64,000 nucleotides of DNA from a virus (Duplodnaviria; Caudoviricetes), in IMG/VR virus record IMGVR_UViG_3300043466_001519, positions 49,986 through 113,985 of that record, one strand, 5' to 3'. Below, piece by piece: positions 19,886 to 31,800 of this stretch. The notes below the pieces were generated by a model. The model did no database searches, was not told where the DNA came from, and saw nothing but the letters and a program-made list of their open reading frames with translations. A program made the position numbers and the translations under genes. Every line of letters starts with the position of its first letter. Position 1 is the stretch's first letter.

Positions 19886-22800
19886 ATGGCAAAAGAATCA
19901 TTCAATTTTCAAGGAGAAGAAATAATTGCATCTAATTTAGGAGGAGTTAAACCTCAACTTCCTGTATATAATACACCTCTTCCAAATTTTACAAATATAG
20001 ATGGTGAAATAGGTAAAAGAAGTGTAGATGATATTTTTTCAAATGCTCTTTTACAAAATGCTGATAGTAGAATAGAAAGTATTCCATTAAGTTCTATTAG
20101 TACAGATAAAAGATATCCATATGTTTTTAGAGGATCTAATCCTGAAGAGATGTATGCACAACAACAACAATGGACAGAGAAAGCATTTAATGATACATTA
20201 AAGTTTACTAACTTAGTTGGTACAACTATTGCTGGAGGTTTTGGTATGATGTATGGTGTAGGTAAATGGGCTTTACCTGGAGGAAAGTTTTCTGATATTT
20301 GGGAAAATGAAGCAATGCAAGGTTTAGATGAATGGAATACTAAATTGGATAATGAGATTCTTCCTAATTATTATAAACAATCTGAAACAGATTCTGAATG
20401 GTATGATAAAGATAACTGGTTAACTGCAAATTTCTTATTTGATAAATTATTCAAAAACTCAGCATATGCATTTGGAGCAATGTTATCTGGTAATATTGCA
20501 AATGGTCTAATAGGAACTGCAGGAGCAGGTATTGGTGAATGGGCTACAGCACAAGCATTAGCTTCTGATGCTGCAAATGCTTCTAGAGCATTTAAAATGT
20601 TTACACCTATGCTTAGAAGTACAGCAAGAGCTTTCTCTGCTGGTAAAAATATTGAAGCTGCTCAAGTATTAACTTCTGAGTTATCATCTATTGCAGATGC
20701 ATCTGTCAAATCATCAAAACTTTTTGACATTGCTAAACAAGCAAATAAATTTGCTGGAGTAAATGATTTTGGTAGAAAAACTGCAATCGCTGCTTATTCT
20801 TCTGCAGGTGAAGCATCGTTTGAAGCATTGAATACTTCTAAACATTTTAGAGAAAAACTTATAAATGATTACTTCTATGAAAATGGAGTGATGCCTATTG
20901 GAGAAGAACTTGAAAAAATAAACAATGTTTCAAGAGAAGTGGGAGCAACTTCTTTCTTAGGTAATATGGCTCTATTAACTGTTACAGAATTTAATCAGTT
21001 AAAATACTTAATGGGATCTAGCTATAGAGAAAGTAAACGTATGGCTAATTCATTAATTGGAGAAACTGATGATATAATATTAAAAGATAAAAAGTATGCA
21101 TTAGATACACCTGATACTAAACGAGGAAAGATTTATCAATCAACATTAAAAACTGCAAAAAATATAGTAACAGGAAAAGCAACTTATGCTTTTGATACAA
21201 AAGAAGCTCTTCAAGAGATGAGTCAATATGCTCTTGAAATAGGTGTACAAAATTATTACGACAAAGCATATAAAGGACAAGAAGCTGAAAATATTGTAGA
21301 TAAATATTTAGACATTGCAGGATATGGTTTATTTGGAAGAGATGCGGAAGGAGAAGGAGTAGGAGCACTTGTTTCTAAAGAAGGAATTGAGTCAGGTGTA
21401 ATTGGAGGTATTACAGGAGGTTTAATGCAAGCTCGTGGACAATATTCTCAAGCAAAAGAAAGAAAAACAAACACTGAAAAACTTATAGAACAATTGAACT
21501 CAGGTGCTAGTTTTAAAGATGCATTTGTTGATAAACTTCAATCTGTTAACAGAGGTGTTCAATTACAGAAAGAACAAGAAGCTGCAATTATAAATGGAGA
21601 TAAGCTTGAGTATTATGATTCAAAAACTGACACTCTTCATAACTACTTAGCAACAAGAGTTAAGTTTGGTAAGTTTGATATGATCATGGAAGATTTAGAA
21701 GAACTTAAGCAAATGGCTTCTTCTGAAGAAGGATTAGAATCATTAAAAACACAGGGGTATGGAAATATTAATGATAATATACAATCATTTAATAAAACAT
21801 TAACTCAAATTCAAGATTCTGCTAAAGCTATGTCTGAATTATACTCATATGTAAATCTTACATATGGAGGACAAACTATTACAGATGATTCAGGAAAAGA
21901 ATATAAAAAATATTCTAATGATGTATTAGATAAAATGGTTTATGCTGCAACTAAAATTGCAGATTATGATAAACGTATACCATTAGTTTCTGAAAGTCTT
22001 TTAAAACAAAATATATTAATAAATGATGTTATATCTGAAGTTATATCAAATCCTAAGTCAGATAGATTAACTGAAGAAATTAAAAACATAGATGGATTAG
22101 ATCCAAATGTTTATACAAAAGACAAAAAAGATCAACTTAAAAACGACTTATTAGAAACAGTTGAACTTGCATTAAGAAGAAAGAAATTTATTTCTGATTA
22201 CAATGATATAATTACTTCTCCAGAAAATTATAAAGAAGTAGAAAAAACAAAATTAGATGAAAATGGTAACATTGTTCCTAAAGAAACTATTACAGTTAAA
22301 GTTAAAGATGGTAAAACAGGACAAGTAGTAGATAAGAAAATTGAAATAGGTACTGAGTATTTATTAGGAAAAGTTGTTAAGTACGACAAAGATGGTAATG
22401 AAGTTATTCAAGATCCTGTATTAACTATTCTTGCTGATAATGGAGATGGTACATATAAAATTAAAGATAACAAAGGAATAAGAGATGTGTCTGCACAAGT
22501 TCTTGAAGATTATCAACTATCTAAATTATCAGACATTAAATCTGATAAAAAGAAAAACTATGTTTATGTAAACAGAAATAATACTTTTTCAAATAAATTA
22601 ATAAAAGATGCTAATGGTAATCCTGTTATAGGAAGACTTGAATACACAGCAAACAAAGATAGACTTATATTTGTTTATAAAAATGAGAAAGGAAAAGTTA
22701 TAAGAAGAGAGGTTTATAATAATATGTTTAAAGCTAAAGAAGGCTTTAAAGAAGCTATTATTACAAAAGTAGGAGAATACACAGCTGAAGAACAACAAGC

Positions 22801-25800
22801 TGCAGAAGAGTTTGTAAATGCTCCAACCACTATATCTCAAAGATTACAAACACGTAATAACATTATGTTAGATCTTTATGATAAAAGTGTTAAACGTTTA
22901 GATGAGATAACTAAAAAACTAAGTACCAGTAAAGAAAGAACTGCTAAAGCTATTGAAGCATTAGAAAATCAACTTGCAGCAGAAAGTCTTACTAAAGCAG
23001 GAAAGCCTAGAAAGAATCAAACTCCTGCAATGAAAAAGATAATCAATGAATTATCTTCTTTACAGGAATTAATAACTAAAGAAAATGAGCAATTACTGAG
23101 TGAGAAAGAAGAATTAGAATCTAACATTCCATTCTTTAAAGAGTTTTTAGATAACCTTGATTCTCTTCCTGAATCAGGTAGAGAGATGATCAACCTATTG
23201 AAGTCTGATATTAACACTCTTGAAGATTTAATTGATATAACTAACAAAGCTATCAAGGATAACGATAGTCTTTTAAAACAAATAGAAGATGCTTTAATGA
23301 AAGCTCTTAGTATATTTAATGATTATATCAAAAGACTTAAACAAGAAAATCCAGGTGTTCCATTATTTATAGATGATTTACAAGCTAATTTAGAAAAAGT
23401 TCTTGGAGAAGAAGGTGCACAATATTATATTGATAACAAACAAGGTATCACTTCGCAAGTGGTAGAACTAGAGTCAGACATAAATGATTTTTCAGCTGAG
23501 TTAAAAATACCAGCATTAAATAAAAAAGCAGAGGAGCTTGTTAAAGATATAACAGATTTAAAAGAAGGACTGGATAAACTTGTTAGTGAACAAATAGCTA
23601 AACAAGAAATACTAAGTGCTTTCCAACAGTTTGCTATAGATACAGAACGTCAAAAACAAGAAGCTGCACAAATGCAACGTAATGTTACATTAGGACAAGA
23701 ACTTCTTGGTACATTAACAGGTAGTGTGCAAAACTTCTTTGGTACAAGACCATATGAGCAAGAAGCTAAGAAAGATAAACTTGCTGTAGTAGGAAGTACT
23801 AAACCATTTACAGAAGATACTGCAGAAAGACCTCTTCCAGGATATGCTGCAAGGGTTAATCACTTTGGAGCTAGAGTGTCTGATATGGATAATGTAGATG
23901 ATCTTAGAGGTGTTATTGTAACAGCTAATACAGAAGATCAAATACTTTCTGGATTAACAGAAGCTTTTATATCTGAAGATATTCCAGGAAACACTCCTGC
24001 AGATATTAAAAGAAAAGAAGACATCAGAAAAGAAGTCATATTCTTAGTTGTAACAGAGAATGGACAATTAGTAGATAAGGATGGAAAACTTATTCCTGGA
24101 AAATCTGCTGAAGAAACACAAGAAGAATATAACAAGAGACTTTATAACAATGCTATATTTCAAGTGTTTCCTTCTGCTAGTCTTACATCTAAAGGACAAG
24201 ATGGTAAAGTTGGTTCTATGTTTAGAGATACTGTCCCTCAATATGAGAGAGATTCTCTTAAAGAACAATATAAAGCATGGAGAGAAACACAATTAGCTAA
24301 TACAACATTAGATAAGAAAGGACAAAAGTTCAAAACATCTTTTGGTAATTTAGAGTTTGTTAAATATAAAAATGCAGATGGAACTATATCTAATGATACT
24401 TCTGCAAGAACTTCTGCACAAGATGCAGGATTATTGGATAAAGGTATTCTTAATAGAGATGCTGTAATCACTGTTGCTACAACTAATGATGATAAATCTG
24501 AAGGAAGTGTTTCTTTTAAATCTCCTAAAGGTAGAGTGTTTTTACGTATACCAGGACAAGGACTTGTTAGACTTTATAATAAAAAGTTTAACAAAGATGA
24601 ATCAGAAACAATTTTTGATGCTATGTTAAACTTAGCTAAAAATGCTTCTGCGAATGGTTCATTGTATGGTAATGAAAAAGAAGAAGTTAATAAGAATATA
24701 TTAAACTGGTTAAAGAGTGTTGTCTATTGGGGTATTGCTAAATACCCTGATGGTACAAGAAAACCTGCTGGATATAATAATATTTGGTTTGAGGATGTTT
24801 TAGAGAATGGAAAACCAGTTAAAAAATTATTTATGTCTGGTCTTCAAAAAGAATCTCAAGCTTATTTTGACTTCACACCACAAGGTTTAATTAATAGTAA
24901 ACAAGATATTCTTGGATTACTAGGACAAATGTATGCTAACACAGATGCTAAGAAAGTAAACATAGATACATATAATGCTCCTTATGATGAAATATTAAGA
25001 TTTGATAATTTAGGTAATCCTGTTACAAGAACATGGCCTAATTATCAAACATATTTATTGTCTGGAAATATTGTAGATAAAGATGGAAATGTTATAGGTA
25101 AAAGAACTGGAAAAGAAATTCCTCTTACTACACAAGTGAGACCTCTTACATCTGCAGAAGATACAAATAGAAAAGGTGTATATTTTACATTGAATAGTTC
25201 AGTGGAGTACACTGTACCTGCTGCTCCTGTAGTTGCTCCTGTAGTGGTTACACCAACTCCTACACCTGCTCCAGTAGTAACTCCACAGCAACAACCTACA
25301 ACTCCTGGTCAATATGATTTAAATGGAACAACAGAAAATAGTATTACTATAGGTGGTAAACCAGATGGTAAAGGTGGAGTAACTCCAATTTACAATATAA
25401 ACTTCACATTTGATATTAGTAAAATATCTGAGTATTTAAAAGGACTAACAGACTTCACTAGTTTATATGAAAATGGTGCATTGACAAAAGAGTTTTTAAA
25501 TATTCTTAAAGATAATAAAGTTGTAACATATATTGATACAACAGATAACACTAATGGTATTTCAGCTTTTGTAAAAGCAGTAGGTGAAAATACAGCAGAA
25601 GCAGTTTCTTTAAATAAAATATTTGAAGCTGTTGCTCCACAAATTGTATCAGAAATGATTCCTGTTCAACCAGCAATAGCTGATGAAGCTCCTGTAGTTG
25701 AATCTCCAGTTGTACAACCAGAAGGTCCTGTTTCTGATATAGAAAATAATGAAGAAGTAATCACTCCTGAAGAAGTGGTACCAACAACTGAACTTCCTGA

Positions 25801-28800
25801 AGGATTTATTAATCTAGATGATATAGAAGATGTAGATGTTGATAGAAGTGAAATGAGAGTTGCTCAAGCTATTGACAAACTAGATCAATTCAAAACAGAG
25901 GACTGGACAAAATTAGAAGAAGCTTTTGCTAAAATGCTTCCTAATATTCCTTTCTATAGAGTGAAGAATATGATAAAAGGTACCAATGGTAGACAAGCCT
26001 GGGGTATGCTTCATGATGCTGCTATATATGTATACGAGAATGCAGAAGAAGGAACAGCTTATCACGAGGTATTTGAAGCTGTATGGAAAATGTTTGCTGG
26101 ACCAGCTCAAAAACAAGCTATCATTAATGAGTTCAAAGCAAGAAAAGGAACATTTGTAGATAGAGAGTCTGGTAAAACTATAGAATATAAAAATGCTACA
26201 GCTTATCAAATTAAAGAACAATTAGCTGAAGAGTTTAGAGAAGCAGTTCTTAATGATAAATTAGGAGTTCCAAGAGAATCAAAAACTTTAATAGGTAGAT
26301 TGTTCTCTCAATTGATTGATGCTATTAAAGCTTTCTTTACAGGAGAGAATGCTCAACGTAATACAAAAGAGTTATTCAATAGAATTGGTAATGGATATTA
26401 CGCTCAGTTTAATCCATATGAAACACAATTATCTTATGCTAAAAAAGGAATTATAGATATTGAAAATGCTCAAGCTAATGCTGATTCTGAAATGAGATCA
26501 ACAACAATCCCTGAGATTGAAATGCATGACATTATCCAGCATATGACATTCTTAACATTAACAAGATTATCTCTTAATAATGAGAGTGTATTTACTATTA
26601 ATGATCAAAAAGAATCAGAGTTATATCCAGCTCTTAAACTTGGTATATTAAAACTTCTTGCAGGACAAAAGAAATTAAATAACATATTAGTTACTGAAGG
26701 TAAGACAACTTTAGAAAAAGCAACTAGACTAAATAATAACATTGATACATTATCATACAACATTCAAATGGAATGGGCTGAGATTACTAAAAATCATAAA
26801 GCACATTTAAAAACATTTGATGTTCAATTTGATGAGAGTGATGATAGTATTTTGAATAGTGAAGAAAACACTGGTAGAGGAGAACCTGATGGATCTAATA
26901 AAATTGATTCATATAGAAAAGCTAATGCTGCATTAAAACTTGTATTAAGCACACTTCCTGTTACACAAGTGGTTAATGGTAGAATAGATTGGTTTCCTTC
27001 TTCTATAGGAGGAGTTACACTTATTCCTGCAGATCAAATACACATTGATTTAAAGAGTAATTTACATAGCTCTATGGATATAGAAGATATGTTATTAGGT
27101 CTTAAAACAATGGCAGAAAACAATCCTAACTACAATGCTTTATTTAGAAGACTAACAGGTAATTCAGCTGATGTAGGATTGGACATAAACACTATACAAG
27201 AACATGACTTCCAATTAGCTGCAGCATTGTGGAAATCCATCAGTATGCAAAATCCTGATGTAATCACTGTATTTTTACAAGAGGATGGTGATGTAGTTGT
27301 AAGTAATTCTACACTTAGTAGTGCAGCTAAACAAGCTAAAAAAGAAATGATTAATGATATAATATCTACACTGAAAGCAGATCAATCTAAGTATTTTAGA
27401 TATGTACCAGCTACAGGTAAATATTATGCTAAAGATAATTTAAAAGCATTACAGTTTGATGGTGCTAATCTAAAACAATATGTTGATTTTCTTAATTCAA
27501 TTGGAATACAATTTAATGAAAGAGATGTAGCAGATTTAAAATCAGATCAAATTTCTGCATTTAAAAAATCAGTGGGGTATATTAGAGAAGAACTTTCTAA
27601 GGTGGGAGATACAAAAATAGTGAGAGATGCTAACAATAATGATGTTGAAGAAGATGGTGGTATAACAACCATTAATACTAAAACATTAAACATTGATGGA
27701 GATTTACTTAGACTAGCTATTGTAAAAGCTGTTATTGAAAATACAGAATTTCAATCTACATATTTTAATATTAATGGAGAACGTACACAATCATTTATTG
27801 GTACCAACCTTATTAGTGCATTACACAACACTCTATCTAGATTAAAAAATATAGAAGAGTTACAAAATGATCCTAGATATAAAAGATTTGCTTATTTAGC
27901 AGCAAACAATGATGCATTTGTACAAGGAAGTCAAGTATTAAAAAAGATGTTTGATATAGTTGGACCAGATAGTACAGGTAAACGTAGAAGTGGTGCTGAA
28001 GAGTTATTAAAACCTGTAATTGTAGATGGTATAGTAGATGAAGAAACTGGTAAGAAGAAAGAAGCTTCTAAAGTTACATATAGACAAAGACTTATACAAG
28101 AAGTAAATCTTAACTTATCTGGTATATTCATGAACCTTGTTCCTGGAGATGCTTCATTAGAACATGCTATTAGAATGTATAATAAAGAAAATCCATTTGT
28201 TTCAGAAAATGAATTATCTAATAAGAACTACTTAGATATATTCAAAGACTATTTTATTTCTGAAGTGGAATTAGCAAAAGAAAATAGAAATACAGCAAAA
28301 GATAATGGAAAAGATCTTCGTTTCTTTAAAGCTATCTTAGGAGATGATGTACATAAAAAGATTGCTTCTAAAATTAATAAAAGCACTGATGCTGAGCAAT
28401 TGTATAAAGATAATGAGCAAGCTATAAACTCTGCAGTGGAAGCATTTATTAAACAAGAGACAGCAGATACAGAAGAATTGTTAAGAGCATATGATATTAT
28501 AACAATAGAAGATAGTATAGTTAAAGTAGACAAAGTAAACTTATTTAAAAAAGGAGAAGCAGTTACACAAGCTGGTTTAAATACAAAATTAAAAGCATTA
28601 AGTATTAATTATATAATAGCTAATATTGAAATGCATAAATTAATTTATTCAGATCCTTATCAATATAATGATGAGCTTAAACGTATTAAAAACTTTACAT
28701 CTCCTGGACAACCATTGGTTCCTAGTTCACAAGCAATAGATGCTAGACTTAATGAAATCTATAATAAAGGATTTAAACCTGGTGACATTGGATATACAGA

Positions 28801-31800
28801 TATGACTCAAGATTATTTTAAATCTGTAACGGTTGCTGACGTATTAAGTACAAATGAAAATATAGGATATGATGTTCCTTATGAAGAAACAGATGGAGCA
28901 GGATTGATTACACTTAAAGCATACAGAGTATTTGCTTTAAGAGCTGGTACATGGACTGCTAATAATGAAAAACAATATAGATTTGATGTAGCATTTGAAG
29001 AACTTGTTAAATCAGGTGCTGATGAAACTGCTATTAAAAAATTCTTAAAAGGTAATCCAGGAATTAAAGATACATATACACCTGTTAAACCTATTGTTAG
29101 AGGTAATAAAGAGAATGGTAGAACTTATAATGATATTGTATTACACAAGTTTGCACTTGCACCGCTATCATTTAGAATACTTTATGAATTAAATCCTGAG
29201 TCTAATGCTATCAAGTTGTATAATAAGATGCAAAAAGAGAATATAGATTATGCTGTATTTGCTTCAGGAGGTAAAGTGGGTAATGAAAAAATATCTCCTT
29301 TGTATAAAGCAAATGGTGAGTTTGATAATACACCATTTGAAGATGCTGCAGAATTAAAAGGTAATCTAAAAGATAATGTTAAAAGAGCTGTAAGTAAAAT
29401 ACCTTTTACTATTGTAGCTGTACAATCAGAAGTTCCTTCTAAAGATGCTCCAATTGTTACACAAGGATCTCAGATTACTAAACTTGCCACAATGGATTAT
29501 TTAGAATCTGGAGTTCCTGTAGATTTTATGCCTGGAAAAGAATTTGAAGAAAGATTCATTGCTTGGTTAGGACTTGAGGATAAATCAAGCTATAACGATG
29601 GTAATAATATTTATAATGAAATTATAAATAATCAAAAACTTTTAGAAGCTAGAATCGAAGATGCTGTAGAATCTTTATACAAAAAACTTGGTATTGAAGA
29701 AACTATAAACGAAGAAGGAGATAGAGAGTGGAGAATAGAAGATAGAGATAAATTAGTTAACACTCTTACAGAAGAAATTGGTAAAAGAGAAATCAATTAT
29801 AACATTACAGATGCATTTGAAGGATTTGTGAAAGGTGATGTTATATTAGAAGCTACTCCTGTATATCAACAAGTAAGAAACATTCTTTATTCTATTGCTG
29901 ATAAAACTATTGTACGTCCTAAAATATCAGGAGGTATGAAGGTGCAAGTATCTTCTGCATTGTTAGAATCTGTAAGAGCAGAAGGAAAACCTGTATTAGA
30001 TAGTAAAGGTAATCCAACATTTAATAAAGATGGTAGTCCTAAACTTGTTTATTCTTCAGAAGAATTAGCATTCTATAAAAATGAAGATGGTAAGAGAGTA
30101 TGTGAGATAATGCTTGGTAGATGGTTTAAATCTAATAAATCAGATGCTGAGTTAATGGACTATTTTAATAATGATCCAGAAGGCAAGAAAGAATTTGAAG
30201 CTCTTATGGGTGTAGCATTTCGTATTCCTACTCAGAAACAAAACTCTATTGATGTATTTAAGATAAAACAATTCTTACCTAAAGACTTTGGTGACTCAGT
30301 AATTATTCCTTCAGCTCTTGTTAAGAAAGCAGGATCGGATTTTGATATTGATAAGTTATCAATCTATTTGAAAAACTTATATACAGATGGTCAAGGAAAA
30401 TTAAGAGTGGTTCCTTTCTTTGGATATGGAGAACAAGCAAAAGATAAATTTAAAGAATTATATGATAAAAAGTTATTTGGTAAAATAGATACAACAACAT
30501 CTAAAATTTTTAATCAAGATGCATTAAGAGAGTTATTTAGAGATGTTTCTTTTGGTAAAGCTTCATCTACAGCAATGGAAAAATGGGTTCCTATTTTCAA
30601 AGAAATGTTTGAAGAAGCAATGATAGATGATTCATTAGCTACAAATATTGTAGAAGAAATATTCCAAGATAGATTTGAGAGTTTAGGTAAAAAACTAGAT
30701 GTATTAACTAATGAAGATTTACAAAAAACATTATCTAAAATATTTGTACAAGACATGTATAAAAAATCTTTAGAGAATGCTTATATACAATCATTAGAAA
30801 ACCTTATATCTAATTCATTGAACTACGAAAACTTAGTTAAACCTAATGATGCAACACCATTAAAAAATCTTTCTGAGAAGATTCAAGAAGAGATGGGTTA
30901 TGATAAAGCAGACTTTGGAAATGTAGGTAATATGTTAAGTAGAGGATTTATGTCTAACTTGAGACAATCTTTTGTTGGTGGTAAACAAGCATTAGGTATT
31001 GCTGCTCAAGGTCAAACAGGACATGCTCAAAGACAACGTAGTGTTACATATGTAGATGTAGATAGATTACAAGGTGACTTGATTGATGATGTAGATAAAA
31101 CTATTCTTGGTAATGATCCAGATTCTAATTTGTTTGCTACAGATACAGACATTAACTTTCAAGAATATAATTCTGCCACTATAAATGGTGTAAAAAGACC
31201 AATGCTTTCTTGGATTAAAAATAAAGCAGGAGAATATATATCAGACATTAATGGAATGTTTATTGATGGATATGTGGATATCTCTAAAGGTGACTGGATT
31301 ATCAAACTTGGTGCAACTACTAATACAGCTTCTACATGGTTATTTTTAATTGATCTTGGTGTGCCTATTGAAACTGTAGGATATTTTATGAACCAGCCTA
31401 TCATTAAAGACTATTTACGTGCTATTGAGAATAAAGGTTATTCATGGTTGTACATAGAAGATATGATCGCAGATAAATTAAATGATTATAGTCCTAGTAA
31501 AGAGTTTTTAAAATCAGGTACATCTGTGAAAGGAATTCCTTCAGAAACAGATTTATTCAAAATGCTTAAATATAATAATGCAGTTCCTAAAGCAAACATG
31601 ACTGATCTTCAAAAGCTACAACAACAATATATGTTGAAAGAGTTCTTGAAATATTCTAAAATGGCTTCTCACATGTTTAATGTATCACAGGCTTCTAACT
31701 ATGACACAGCTACAATTAATGATCCATATTTAGTATTTAAGAAAATGGTTCAATTAGAGAAAGCAAGAAAAACCATTATATCTTCTGTAGATGATATAAT